NCBI GenBank assembly: GCA_963755915.1
Contig: CAVWLP010000002.1
Location: 160,001-224,000, forward strand
Source of the DNA: an uncultured Phycisphaerales bacterium
GTDB lineage: Bacteria; Planctomycetota; Phycisphaerae; Tepidisphaerales; Tepidisphaeraceae
Reading direction: 5' to 3'
DNA length: 64,000 nt
Part shown: in pieces, positions 11,301 through 21,501 of the stretch
How positions within the stretch are numbered: position 1 is the stretch's first letter
Layout: each line of letters opens with the position of its first letter
Notes under the pieces: generated by a model
Seen by the model: the letters and a program-made list of their open reading frames with translations, nothing else
Databases searched by the model: none
Told to the model about the DNA's origin: nothing
Program-made: the position numbers and the translations under genes

Positions 11301-12204
11301 CGTCGGTGACTCTGCCGGAAAGGACGCCGGACTGCGCCGCCGGCGATGGTTGCTGCCAGACGGGTGGGATCGCTGTGGCGGGTTGATTGGCGTTCACGGT
11401 GAAAGCCGATGGCGCGGAAGCCGGGACAGAGGCTTGGGGCGGAAATTGAGCGACCGGCGAACCTGGGGCGGAAATTTGATCCCAGGCAAACCATGAGGCC
11501 AACCCCAGCAGCACGAGAATCGCTGCGGCAATGAGAATCGCGGCAAGGGGCATGGCCGAGGTTCCGGCGACGCCGGTGAGACCGATTTTCATGAGATTTG
11601 ACGTCAGGCCCTTCTCGACGGCGGCGCTGGCATGCTCGGCGTGCAGATTTTCCGCCAGAGCGGCCGCGCCCGCCGCCGCGGCGGCGCACCCCATCGAGCC
11701 CAAGTGCCGGCGAAGCGATTCAATCGCCTTCTGGAGGCGATGGGTAATGGTTGAAGGCGTCACGCCGGCCCTGGCGGCAATATCAATCTGCGGCGTGCCG
11801 ACAAAGAATCGCTCGATGATGAGTTCTCTGTCCGCCGCCGGGAGCTTCGCGAGCGCATCGTCGAGATGCTCACGCAGATCGGCGAGCTGGCGCTGGGGAT
11901 CATCCCGCACTGCCGGCGATGCCGCCGCCGACTCATACTCAGCCCGAGCCCGGCGCCGGCGATTGATGTCAATCGACACGTTCACGGCGCAGCGGTGCAG
12001 CCAGGCGCCTAGGTTGCTGTGCAGGTGAGACGCCTTGCGGGCCAGGCGAAGAAACGTCTCCTGGACCGCGTCATCGACGTCGGCCGGATTGGCCAGCTTC
12101 CGGCGGCAGGTTGCCAGGACGAGGGATTGATATTCGTGGACGATCTCGGCGAAGGCCTCGGCGTCCCTGGTTTTGGCGTAGCGATCGAGCGGGGCTGAAA
12201 GCAT
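8314..12204 (-). CDS. Giant ECF sigma factor with TM helix and carboxypeptidase-regulatory-like beta-sandwich repeats
   Basis: DAEAFAEIV, DVDDAVQETFLRL, WLHRCAVN, sigma4 HTH; hydrophobic helix near aa 220-240; repeated GxVTDxxGNPVxGA motifs. Confidence 0.88.
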   Translation of the reverse strand: MLSAPLDRYAKTRDAEAFAEIVHEYQSLVLATCRRKLANPADVDDAVQETFLRLARKASHLHSNLGAWLHRCAVNVSIDINRRRRARAEYESAAASPAVRDDPQRQLADLREHLDDALAKLPAADRELIIERFFVGTPQIDIAARAGVTPSTITHRLQKAIESLRRHLGSMGCAAAAAGAAALAENLHAEHASAAVEKGLTSNLMKIGLTGVAGTSAMPLAAILIAAAILVLLGLASWFAWDQISAPGSPVAQFPPQASVPASAPSAFTVNANQPATAIPPVWQQPSPAAQSGVLSGRVTDAAGNPVPGAQVQIVGGGAPTTTDSQGYYNFRALRRGRSGTYQLSVLARGFVSLGDSNNTPTIQLSPTSRARRDFVLQKGQQIKVLVTDSQGKRLAPEDIAVLPFGQLLGTRVRPDPQDRSDHSGTSSYTLPLNQGQFVVFASLESFAPARQVITPASADKPLDVTLIMQPGLSIKGVAICSDHKPAAGYTISAQPDWWTGNGILSRTQIDAAGNFTLTGLAPGENVLYVWGESSGRQIGTLQMPPTTQPITLNVPMPSLGSLVTVSGKIQLSGGRLSRDMLSVDFTSLENQERYSAWAQNIPRSHTEMQYSLKLPPGAYQLSIDAEDITPFQIDRVQVPGNLPLITLQIINQPRLTGTVTDPTGNPVTNFAVRVRKFETLGDGLNYSQDPQWTQVDDPGGKFSVECVGPGIYSLQISTRDYAWQWTPKVRLEENQRVRDIPIRLTPGGSLAGIVTDSSGNPVTGAKVIPLSMAVSTDFPMQENFEGETGAVVTDATGHFLLPHLQPGTETLKIVHTDFSPLIVPGFALAEGKQTDAGTISLHAGGTVEGTVYDDKGQPVPHASLLIQDSDDQITFMDARVKAHRVLAVTADEQGRYRAPHLPTKCLWVNLAGGQDLQGVAFRVVRPVDGRTARLDFGGPVPTIRGRLVKDGNPFAYQNLLLTTQSFYGTPFEAKCASDANGFFNFFGAPPGPYHLFFLSGSRRDWVPIHRIDLTAQPQDLGAIDCDQGDVVLRLTFDDPALASSRRTVVVSTPWPNGLLWARMLDFDNEGDHLRATGVPAQNLIISAAFFDDGNLLFTSPFQRIAGTAETSLTMRIPKSSATLRLIDTSAPSGKEPFPIRFDLQSEDGSTHCEMGLWDSATDKIPLPPGRYYFSYPMGSLVPIPGLPHFTMTAGQTTEIRTDFSPAHFRHVNVAVWSSTGTPITSPPPQVFDGNNQLPPCDVPRIGTLFFLRPGNYRLAMPLSGGSSFSQQITVPPLSPGQGPWTEVPIDVVLPQ

Positions 12205-12228
12205 GATGAACCTGCCTTTTCATCATTC

Positions 12229-12256
12229 TTAGACGCATGAGCGGGCCGCGATTTCA
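12229..12256 (-). promoter_or_regulatory. Candidate autoregulatory ECF promoter
   Basis: Minus strand TGAAAT-N15-CGTCTAA, 25 bp upstream of the sigma start; resembles ECF -35/-10 consensus. Confidence 0.4.
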
Positions 12257-12428
12257 AAACCTTTTTTCGCGATTTTTTGGGGCAGCGGATCAATTGGCGG
12301 GAGACTATTTTAGCGTGAGAACGGGGGATTTCGTAAAGGGTGTCGCGGGTTCGGTTGTGGCGGAGAGTCCCAACCTCCCGCCAACTCTGCATTTCTTGTG
12401 TTATGATTGGTGTTGAGCATTAGCATCG

Positions 12429-12867
12429 GTGGCACGCCCAGAGATTCCACAGTTTCGGCCCGACGGATATTTGCCCGAGGGGCTTTATGGGGCTTCGGAG
12501 GCAGAAATCATCTTTCGGCTCGGCACTTCCAGTCGCCGGCGCAAGCGGCTGGTTTTCAGGCTTCGCCGGTGGATAGAATTGGCGAGGCAGGTGGGCGCTC
12601 GTCGGCTGTTGTTGGACGGCAGTTTTGTCACCGGCAAAGCGCAGCCACGATATTGATGCAGTAGTGTTGCTTCCGCCTGACTTCCAGCGGCAGGTGGATC
12701 GCGGAATTAGTGCGGCTTTGGAGTTGGAAGAGATGCTTTTGACGCGCCGGCCGGAGGAAGTGTTCGCCGCGGAAGACGAAAGCGACTGGACCCAGTGGGT
12801 GGATTTTTTCAGTCGCACGCGCGAAGTGGACGGTCGCCGCAAGGATCTAGTGGAGGTTCAATTATGA
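12429..12867 (+). CDS. Pol-beta-like nucleotidyltransferase (DUF6932-like), frameshift near 12645
   Basis: DGYLPEGLY and LLDGSFVT...DIDAVV (GS/DxD) motifs split across two frames. Confidence 0.7.
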
Positions 12868-13066
12868 TATCCAATCCCAACGAGTATGAGAAAGCTCAGG
12901 AAGAAATCCGCATTCTCCAGAAGCGCTGGAAGCGTTGCAACAAACCAACCCAATCGGTTCCAAGGGGTTCACAAAAGCGGGAATTCGCAAAATGATCGCG
13001 CGCTTGCACGAGGAACTGGCCGTCTACGAAGGGGGCGAGGCTGCCAAAGAGCCGGCGTCGAATTAG
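12864..13066 (+). CDS. Small coiled-coil partner protein (putative antitoxin), 1-bp frameshift
   Basis: ATGA overlap with the upstream gene; MISNPNEYEKAQEEI...GIRKMIARLHEELAVYE when frames are joined. Confidence 0.55.
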
Positions 13067-13101
13067 CTGGTTGCGTCCGAATTTAGGACGAAGATCATCT
13101 A

Positions 13102-13702
13102 TTAAGGATTTTCCGGCAACCACGCAGAGTGCTTGAAAGTCTGATCGGGCAGCTCTTCCGGCAAATTAAAGCCGCGCCCGCCCATTTTTGATATCCACCC
13201 TTGCATGTCAGCAGCTTCTCTAAAGGAGACGTGAATCGCGTCATGGTGGTCCGTCGTCAGAATCTGCTTTGCGTGATCCGGCACCACCACCACATCGTCG
13301 CCCATCGAACATCCAAATACGGTGGTGCAAAAAAGGAGCGTGAGCAGTCGGTCTATTTCGCCCCGGTCAAATCGCAATACGTCCCCCGTTCCCAGCGCCA
13401 AGCCCAAACCGCGGAGAATGCACTTCTTCCACAAGATCGTTCACATGATGTTTCGGACCGGTTGTCGTGTCCGGCCATTTGCCTAAGTGGCGCCAGACGT
13501 AACAGCTGTTCCAATTCTCCATGAACTCAAGCAGTGATGAAAGAAAATAGGGCCGCAAATGCGGCTGGGGCGGGACGCACCAGAATCGCCTTTCCGAATT
13601 CGTCCTGAAAACGAGCGATTTTGCCTTGGGATATCGAGGGTCCAATTCCATTCCGTTGGCCGAGGCCCATCGAAGGAATTCGATTTCGGCGATCCTTTCC
13701 AT
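13102..13702 (-). CDS. Hypothetical protein (~200 aa), frameshift near 13420
   Basis: Two overlapping minus-strand ORFs with globular-protein composition that join up. Confidence 0.55.
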
Positions 13703-13764
13703 AGTGAAACGGTATAACAGATTATTCAAGCGTATCCCACGTTCGGATCTTGCCGACAAGTTAT

Positions 13765-15053
13765 TCACCCCACCGCCAACTGCGCGTCCCCAGTCGTTTC
13801 GACCATCCACCAGAGAATCATCAGCGGCGCCATCCGGCCGACGAGGATGATCGCGTTAAAGGCGAAGTACAATCCTTTTTCATCCGGGACCGCCGAGACG
13901 GTCAGGCCGACGTTGCTTACGGCACTGACGGCATTGAAGAGAATATTGTCCGCAGGGTCGCCGATGGAGACGTAGGAGAGGAGCAGCACAGCCCCCAGCA
14001 CAGGCCGATATAGGTGGCGAGCCAGACAAAAGCGATGGCGAAGGATCGGCCGGCGGGCTGGCCTTTGAGGAGGCGGCGGGTTCCGCGGGCGAGCTCGGCG
14101 ATGGTGGTGGTTTTGAGGCCGCTGCCGGTGCCAGCGGAATTGGCGCCGACAGCCATCAGGGCGACGAGAAACCACCGCGCGGGGGCGGTGGTGGCGCTGA
14201 GGTCGGCGATGGGCATCCCGCCGGTGCGCGATTCGATCGCCAGGACGGAAGCGGTGGGAAGCTGGTTTTGGAGATTGGTCCAGTTCGTCCATCCGCGGCC
14301 GGCGCTGCTGAGGAGGACGATGGCGATCAGGCCGATGACGTAGAGCCAGCCGGTGGCTGACATGACGGTTTTGGAATGCTCGGACAGGGGCTCGCGAAAG
14401 ACGAGGGCGCACCAGAATTCCATCAGGACGGGCAGGCCGAGGCCGCCTAGGACGGTCAGCGGAAGAATGACGGCGTGGGCCAGGACGTTGGAAACGCCGG
14501 GGAGGGCGCCGAGATATAGCCCGCAGTTTCCGAAGGCGCTGGCGGCGAGAAACGCGGCCTGGAAGGGGGAGCGGTCGGAATCCCAGAGGAGCGATGCACC
14601 CACCAGCACGGCGACGGTTTCGACGATGAAAGCGGACGAGATGAGCTCGCGATCGGTGAACTTGAGGCGGGCGATGCGGATGACGGCGAGGCCGCCGGCG
14701 ATCATGGTGAAGAGGCTGCCGGAGATGATCAAGATGAAGGTGGTCCACTGGCCGACATTGTTGAGGGCGCTGGAGACACCGGGGCTGCCATTGAAGCCGG
14801 TGAGGGTGGCGGCGTTCATGGCGATGAACATGGCGCGGACGGGGTTGGTGGTTCCGCCGGCGGCGCCGAATTTCCAGATGATGAAGACGCCGACGAGGAT
14901 CAGCCCCAGGAAAATTGGGAAGAGCCAGTTGGAGAGATCTCGCCCAAATCCACCGCCGAGCGGCGGGGCAAGGGGCGCCTGGGCCGGCAGGGGCGATTGC
15001 GGCTTTTCCGCAAGTTGCGCCGGGTTGGATTTGGCGGAGTTCTTGCTGGGCAA
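13765..15053 (-). CDS. TrkH/KtrB potassium uptake membrane subunit, frameshift near 13990
   Basis: Four pore-loop glycine motifs ATLTGF, FGNCGL, SRTGGM, VSNVGL; GTGSGLKTTT; GRMAPL. Confidence 0.85.
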
Positions 15054-15073
15054 GTGGGCTATTTCCTTGGGGG

Positions 15074-15463
15074 CTATTTCCCGTAGACCTTCTCAGGCTC
15101 GAAGAGTTTCTGGCCCACGACGTTCCATGTGTTGCCGTCCTTGTCGAATTCGCGGAAGAAGCAGGAGTAGTATCCTTCGTGGCAGGCGGCGCCTTCCTGC
15201 TCGACCTTCACGAGCAGGACGTCGGAATCGCAATCCCTGGCGATGGATTTGACGCGCTGAATATGTCCGCTGGTTTCGCCCTTGAGCCAGAGCTTGTTTC
15301 GGCTGCGGCTGAAAAAGTGGGTCTTGCCGGTTTGCACGGTTTTGACGAGGGCATCGCGATTCATCCAAGCCATCATGAGAACCTGTCCGGTGGCGGCATC
15401 CTGGATGATGGCGGGAATCAGGCCGTTGCCGTCGAACTTGAGATCGGAAAACTGCTTATCCAT
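15074..15463 (-). CDS. hisI: Phosphoribosyl-AMP cyclohydrolase
   Basis: [32 protein letters not shown]. Confidence 0.96.
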   Translation of the reverse strand: MDKQFSDLKFDGNGLIPAIIQDAATGQVLMMAWMNRDALVKTVQTGKTHFFSRSRNKLWLKGETSGHIQRVKSIARDCDSDVLLVKVEQEGAACHEGYYSCFFREFDKDGNTWNVVGQKLFEPEKVYGK

Positions 15464-15594
15464 GGGGATATATGTGCGAGGGTGGGGTGAGTTTGTCAAA
15501 TCGGGGCCTTCGTGGGGACCTGCGCGGTTTCGCCTTGCTTGGCTCCGCCGCGCGCCGTAGCATCGCGGCCCTATTTCTGAACAGGAGTTATCAA

Positions 15595-16779
15595 ATGGCA
15601 AAGAAATCGGTCGCCGATGTGAATGTTAAGGGCAAAACAGTGTTGATGCGGGTTGATTTTAACGTCCCGCTGGATGGGTCGAACATTACGGATGACCGGC
15701 GAATCGTGCAGGCGCTGCCGACGATTAAGGATGTGATCGGGCGCGGCGGGCGGCTGATCCTCATGTCGCACCTGGGGCGGCCCAAGGGCGGGCCGGAGCC
15801 GAAGTATTCCCTGAAGCCGGCGGCGGATCGGCTTTCCAAGCTTCTTTCCAAACCCGTGAAGTGTGCCGCGGACTGCATCGGCCCGGTCGTGGAGCAGCTT
15901 GCGGCTTCGCTTGCGGATGGGGACGTGTTGCTCCTGGAAAATCTACGATTTCACAAGGAAGAGGAAAAGAACGATCCGAATTTCGCGAAGCAGCTCGCGA
16001 AGCTGGGGGAAATTTATGTGAACGACGCCTTTGGCACGGCCCACCGCGAGCACGCGAGCACGTTTGGCGCCGCCCAGGCGATGGCGGGGATGCCGCGCGT
16101 GGTCGGGCAGCTTATTCAGAAGGAGCTGAAATTTCTGGGCGAGGCGATCAGCAATCCGAAGCGGCCGTTCGTCGCCATCCTGGGCGGGGCAAAAGTCTCC
16201 GACAAGATCAACGTCATCGAGCAGCTTCTGGGTAAGGCGGACGTTCTGCTCATCGGCGGGGCGATGGCGTATACGTTTTTCCTGGCGCAGGGGAAGGAAG
16301 TCGGCAAGAGCCTTGTGGAGCGAGATAAGGTGGAGCTGGCCAAGAGCCTGCTCGCCAAGGCCGGAGGCAAGATCAAGCTTCCTGTCGACAATGTGATCTC
16401 CGACAAGATGACGGATGACGCGCAGACGAAGATCGTCGAGGGGAATATTCCGGCCGACATGGAAGGGTTCGACATCGGGCCCAAGACGCGGGAGATTTAC
16501 CAGGCGGAGATCGCGAAGGCGAAGACGATCGTCTGGAACGGGCCGATGGGGGTGTTCGAGAAGAAGCCGTTCGCGGCGGGGACCAAGGCGATTGCACTCG
16601 CCGTCGCTGAAGCGACCAACAAGAACGGCGCCGTGACCGTCATCGGCGGCGGGGACAGCGCGGCGGCGATCGAGCAGCTCGGGCTTTCGGAGAAGGTGAG
16701 CCACGTCAGCACGGGCGGCGGGGCGAGCTTGGAATTTTTGGAGAATGGGCATTTTTCGACGTTGGATATACTCGATTAA
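15595..16779 (+). CDS. pgk: Phosphoglycerate kinase
   Basis: [47 protein letters not shown]. Confidence 0.98.
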   Translation: MAKKSVADVNVKGKTVLMRVDFNVPLDGSNITDDRRIVQALPTIKDVIGRGGRLILMSHLGRPKGGPEPKYSLKPAADRLSKLLSKPVKCAADCIGPVVEQLAASLADGDVLLLENLRFHKEEEKNDPNFAKQLAKLGEIYVNDAFGTAHREHASTFGAAQAMAGMPRVVGQLIQKELKFLGEAISNPKRPFVAILGGAKVSDKINVIEQLLGKADVLLIGGAMAYTFFLAQGKEVGKSLVERDKVELAKSLLAKAGGKIKLPVDNVISDKMTDDAQTKIVEGNIPADMEGFDIGPKTREIYQAEIAKAKTIVWNGPMGVFEKKPFAAGTKAIALAVAEATNKNGAVTVIGGGDSAAAIEQLGLSEKVSHVSTGGGASLEFLENGHFSTLDILD

Positions 16780-16794
16780 GATGAGTTTTATTGC

Positions 16795-17468
16795 ATGACG
16801 TCCACTCCACTGGATTCAACCTCGCCCCAGATCGCCGCGTCGATTCTTTCGGCGGATTTCGCCAAGCTCGGCGCCGAGATCGCCGAAGTCGATCGCGCCG
16901 GCGTGGATTTCCTCCACCTGGACATCCTCGACGGGCATTTCGCACCAATATCAGCTTTGGGCCCGCGGTGACCGCCGCCACGCGGCGATCCACCAATGCG
17001 TTTCTCGACATCCACCTGATGATCACCGACCCGCTGCGCTACGCCCCGGAATTCCTAAAAGCCGGCGGCGATGGGCTGACGTTTCACGTCGAAGTTACCT
17101 CCGATCCCGCCAAGACGGCGCGCGAGCTTCGGCAGATGGGTTGCAGGCACGTGGGGATTACGCTTAACCCGGCGACGCCGCCGGAGAAGATTTTTCCGGC
17201 GCTGGATGAAGTGGATCATGTGCTGATCATGAGCGTTGTTCCCGGATTTTCGGGGCAGAAGTTCATGCCGGAGGTGCTTCCCAAGATCGAGCCGATCAAG
17301 AAGCGGCTGCGGCCGAACCAGCGGCTGGAAATCGACGGGGGAATACACGAGGAGACGATCCGGATCGCGCGGGACGCGGGGATCGACTGGTTTGTGGTCG
17401 CCAGCGCGATCTTCGATCAGAAGGACCGCGCCGCGGCCGTCGCCGGACTGCGGCGGCGGCTTCAATAG
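16795..17468 (+). CDS. rpe: Ribulose-phosphate 3-epimerase, frameshift near 16945
   Basis: [43 protein letters not shown]. Confidence 0.95.
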
Positions 17469-17538
17469 CCTGCCGGCCGCGCCGCGTAAATGAATCGCGT
17501 CGCTTTACATCGCGCGGCAAGGCGTTTATCACCTATTC

Positions 17539-18107
17539 ATGCCAACCCGTGCGGTGTTGATTGAAGCGGGTCCGACACCGTGGGACCTCGAGCAGCGCCT
17601 GGCTGGAAGCTCCTCCCTGCCGCTGACGGCAGAGGCCTTGGATGCGATTCGCCACCTGGTGGACACGCTGGGATTTCATATCGATTCGGTCTATCGCTCG
17701 GCCGCCAACGAGGCGGCGACGCAGACGGCGCAGATCATTGGGAAGAAGTTCGGCATCCGTCCGCGCGACAATCAGGATCTCGAGGAGGTCAACCTGGGAT
17801 TGTGGGAAGGGCTTTTGCCGGATGACCTTCGCCAGCGGTTCCCGACGGTCTATCCGAAATGGGAGGAGCAGCCGCTGCAAGTGACACCGCCCGATGGCGA
17901 GCCGCTGAGCGGGGCCATTGAGCGTATCCGCGGGGCGGTGAACCGGGTTCTGCGGCGAAACCGCGGCTATAGTTTTGCACTGGCCCTGCGGCCGATGGCT
18001 TTTCAAATCGCCACCGGGGTTTTGCGCGGGAAACGCCCCCGGCCATCGCCGAGCGCTTGCATCGCCGGCAGGCAATGGAGACGATTGAGATCGATCCGGC
18101 GGAATAA
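17539..18107 (+). CDS. Histidine phosphatase (PGM-like) family protein with degenerate RHG motif, frameshift near 18030
   Basis: LIEAGPTPWD..RLAG...PLT, LEEVNLGLWEG, PPDGEPL. Confidence 0.75.
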
Positions 18108-18130
18108 TCACCCGCGATCGCCGCAAAATT

Positions 18131-18970
18131 ATGTCACAAGCGCCAAACGAACCGGTTTCAGCCAAAAAAGACGGGATCCCCGAGGGTCTGTGGATGCGTT
18201 GCCCCGATTGCGGGGCGATGCTCTTCCGAAAAGTCGTCGAGGAAGCGCTGCACGTTTGTCCCGAATGCCAGCATCATTTTCGCATTTCCGCCCGCCAGCG
18301 GATCGAGCAACTGGTCGATCCCGGCAGCTTTGAGGAGATGTTCGACGATATCGAGCCGACCGATTCCCTCAAATTCGTTGACAAGAAGAGCTACAAGGAA
18401 CGGCTTAAATCGGAGCGCGAAAGCTCCGGCGAAAAAGACGCGGTCGTATGCGGGAAGGGATTCATCAAGGGGCGTCCCATCATGCTCGCGGTGATGGACC
18501 CGACGTTCATGATGGGCTCGATGGGCAGCGTTGTGGGGGAGAAGATCACGCTGACGATCGAATCGGCCGTCGCCGAAAAGCTGCCGCTATTGATCGTCAG
18601 TTGCTCGGGTGGGGCGCGGATGCAGGAATCGGCGCTGTCGCTGATGCAGATGGCCAAGACCAGCGCGGCGCTGGGCCGCCTCGACGAAGTCGGCGGGCTT
18701 TTCGTGAGCCTGTTGGCCGACCCGACGACCGGCGGCGTTACCGCCAGCTTTGCCATGCTCGGCGATTTCATCCTCGCCGAGCCCAAGGCGCTGGTCGGCT
18801 TCGCCGGTCCGCGCACCATCAAGAACACCATCAAGGTTGAGCTTCCCTCCGGATTTCAGCGCAGCGAATTTCTTCAGGAAAAGGGGTTCGTCGACTTCGT
18901 GGTACACCGGCGCGACCTGCGCAGCGAAATCGCCCGCATCGTCGATTTCTGCGTGAAGAGCAAGAATTAG
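18131..18970 (+). CDS. accD: Acetyl-CoA carboxylase carboxyltransferase beta subunit
   Basis: CPDC...CPEC zinc finger, GSMGSVVGEK, SGGARMQE, PTTGGVTAS. Confidence 0.97.
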   Translation: MSQAPNEPVSAKKDGIPEGLWMRCPDCGAMLFRKVVEEALHVCPECQHHFRISARQRIEQLVDPGSFEEMFDDIEPTDSLKFVDKKSYKERLKSERESSGEKDAVVCGKGFIKGRPIMLAVMDPTFMMGSMGSVVGEKITLTIESAVAEKLPLLIVSCSGGARMQESALSLMQMAKTSAALGRLDEVGGLFVSLLADPTTGGVTASFAMLGDFILAEPKALVGFAGPRTIKNTIKVELPSGFQRSEFLQEKGFVDFVVHRRDLRSEIARIVDFCVKSKN

Positions 18971-18978
18971 ATCCGGAA

Positions 18979-19764
18979 TTAGATCATGAACTGCGAGGCG
19001 ATCTGGGCGACCGATTTGCCCAGCGCGGCCGCCCCACCCGGCGTGGCGAGTTTGTTGTCGAGCACGAAGACCGTCCCCACCATGCGCTCGAGGCGTCCTT
19101 CGCCGTCGAGGTACATCCGGCCGCGCGTGTTGACCTTCTGAGTCGTTCCGTCGCCGCGGATGATGCGATGGGCAATCTCATAGTCCCGCTCTTTTCCCTC
19201 GCCCCCCACCGCCGCGAGGTGGAAGAACTCGCGGTCCTCCGGATGGACATAGGCGAAAAAGCCCTCGTAAGTGGTGGCGAAATCGGCGTTGGTCCGGCCG
19301 AAGATTTCGGGAAGGTTGTGCGATTTCCAGAACGTGCCGTTGGCGACGTTGGCGTCCCAGCACGCCACCCCGGAGGAATCGAGCGAAAAATGCAGGCGGT
19401 GATCGGTCTCCTTCAGCGATTTTACCGCGCGATTGCGGGCGAAATGGAGATAGGTGATCAGCACACCCAGACAGATGAACAGCACGAGCCGAACGACGTC
19501 GTCAGAGCGGGCGATTCGAAAAGAATCATCCGGCGGTAATAGCCAGGCAACCGACAGCGAAGAGAGCACCAGCGCTACGACCGCCGTGATCCATTTTCCG
19601 CGCCACGCGGCGATGGCAATCGCCGCGAGAAAAAAGGCGAAGCTTCCGTGTCCGCGCAAAGATTTGTCGGCGAGATAAAGTGCTTCGGTGGCGCCCCACG
19701 CCGCCGCCACAACCAAAACTGCCCAGATCAGTTCGAATGTTGCGTTTCGGATGTCTTGACGCAT
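18979..19764 (-). CDS. Membrane DUF4118-like domain plus PAS domain protein
   Basis: Four TM helices, then SGVACWD...VHPEDRE...HRIIRGDG PAS/PAC pattern. Confidence 0.75.
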   Translation of the reverse strand: MRQDIRNATFELIWAVLVVAAAWGATEALYLADKSLRGHGSFAFFLAAIAIAAWRGKWITAVVALVLSSLSVAWLLPPDDSFRIARSDDVVRLVLFICLGVLITYLHFARNRAVKSLKETDHRLHFSLDSSGVACWDANVANGTFWKSHNLPEIFGRTNADFATTYEGFFAYVHPEDREFFHLAAVGGEGKERDYEIAHRIIRGDGTTQKVNTRGRMYLDGEGRLERMVGTVFVLDNKLATPGGAAALGKSVAQIASQFMI

Positions 19765-19885
19765 AGGCACAAACACAAATTAAGCGTCCCGACCCCCTGA
19801 ACGTACTAAGATCGGCAATATTTCGCGTGAATTAACGCCCGATTCATTGAGCGCGATTCTAGACATGCTAAATCATCATTGCAAC

Positions 19886-21397
19886 TTAATCTCGCAAAAC
19901 GCGGTGCTTCACAATTCTTGCGTCGGGTCCGGCGACGACTTGGTCCGGCGGAACATCTTTAATAACCGTCGCCCGCGCACCAACAACCGCTCTATCGCCA
20001 ACAGTTACGCCCGGTCCCACGAAGGCATCCGCCGCTATCCACACTTCTTCGCCAATCACGATGGGCGGCTTAAGAAGCGGAAATTTTCGCGTGGTGTAGT
20101 CGTGAGTTCCCGCGCAAAGGTGCGCGTATTGGCTGATCGTCGCGGCGCGGCCAACCTTAATTTTACCTAAAGAATAAATAATCGCGTAATCACCGATGAC
20201 GACGTTGTCGCCGAGCTCAATGTTCCAGGGAATTTCGACCATGGCCGTGGGGCGGATGCGCACACCCTTGCCGAGGCGTGCTCCGAAAAGCTCGAGCAGA
20301 AGCCGCCGCCAGCCATACCAGTTGTGAAACGAGGGGCGAAACAGCGATGCCCGCACGACCATCCATAAGGCGCGCTTGACGTTTTCCATAGGATCCCATG
20401 GGCTTGAATGTTGTTTGGTTCGCGCTGGAGCCGGTTGAATCGGCGGCGCAGGGACAAGCGGCGCGAGCGGCGCCGAAGGCTTCCCGACGGGTGGGGCAAT
20501 CATCTTCGTCTCAATCCGTGAAATCGCCCCGCCCCCTTCGTTCACCGCCAAACCACTGAACCCGGTCAACTCCTGGCCGCCGGTCCTGACCAATTCATTA
20601 TATTTCGCGCGGATAAAGAGGTGATAGGTGCTGATGAGCAGGCAGAGGTTCAGCCCCGCGCGACGGTCCAGAATACCGCCGCGGATGAAATACATCCAGA
20701 CGAAGGTGAAGAACCACGGCAGCGCCAGCTTGGGGAGAATGGAGTATTTCATATACCGCCGCCGCGCCACCCGGTCGTTGAAGAATCGCCACAGCCCGGG
20801 CCAGCGTTCGTTGTGGCGGTAAATCTCCATCGCCTCCAGCGTGGAGTAGCGATTGTGCTTGGCGATGAAATGCTCCAGACCGCGGCGGTCCTCGTGGCGC
20901 ATTAGATAGCGCAGGTGGCTCGTCGATCCCTGGACGATCATGTGCTCGTGGACGTTGCGATCTTCGTATCGAGCCAGCCCGCGCTTGAAGAGGCGAATGT
21001 TCCACGCCGGGAAATAGTTGCAGTGGCGAATCTCGCGCCCCATGAAGATGGTCACGCGATTCAAATAGAACGCCGACTGGGGCACGTTCTGCACCGGGCG
21101 GGCAATGATGTTCACAATCTCGTGCCGCAGTTCGGGGGTCAGCGATTCATCCGCGTCGAGGATCAAAATCCAGGGGGACTCGAACGGCAGGTTGTCCAGG
21201 GCCCAATTTTTCTGCCGGGCATACCCTTCCCAGGCCTTTTGGACGACAACCGCGCCAAATTCACCGGCGATTTGAACGGTGCGGTCGGTCGAGCCGCTGT
21301 CCACGACGAAAATGCGATTCGCCAGCCCCTGCACGCTTTGCAGCGTGTGCGGCAGGTTGATCTCCTCGTTATGGGTCTGAATCAGAACGTCCAGCAT
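19886..21397 (-). CDS. GT2 glycosyltransferase fused to a WcaF-like hexapeptide acetyltransferase
   Basis: VDSGSTDRT, ILDADE, VHEH; Pro-rich linker; LCAGTHDY, VWIAADAFVGPGV. Confidence 0.88.
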   Translation of the reverse strand: MLDVLIQTHNEEINLPHTLQSVQGLANRIFVVDSGSTDRTVQIAGEFGAVVVQKAWEGYARQKNWALDNLPFESPWILILDADESLTPELRHEIVNIIARPVQNVPQSAFYLNRVTIFMGREIRHCNYFPAWNIRLFKRGLARYEDRNVHEHMIVQGSTSHLRYLMRHEDRRGLEHFIAKHNRYSTLEAMEIYRHNERWPGLWRFFNDRVARRRYMKYSILPKLALPWFFTFVWMYFIRGGILDRRAGLNLCLLISTYHLFIRAKYNELVRTGGQELTGFSGLAVNEGGGAISRIETKMIAPPVGKPSAPLAPLVPAPPIQPAPARTKQHSSPWDPMENVKRALWMVVRASLFRPSFHNWYGWRRLLLELFGARLGKGVRIRPTAMVEIPWNIELGDNVVIGDYAIIYSLGKIKVGRAATISQYAHLCAGTHDYTTRKFPLLKPPIVIGEEVWIAADAFVGPGVTVGDRAVVGARATVIKDVPPDQVVAGPDARIVKHRVLRD

Positions 21398-21501
21398 AGG
21401 GTTGGCGCCCAATAGCTCTTATATATCGGAAGTCTAGCCGATGGTCATTTGCGGCGAGTTCGCTTTACAAACCGGGGTGCGGAAATGAGAACATACCACG
21501 C

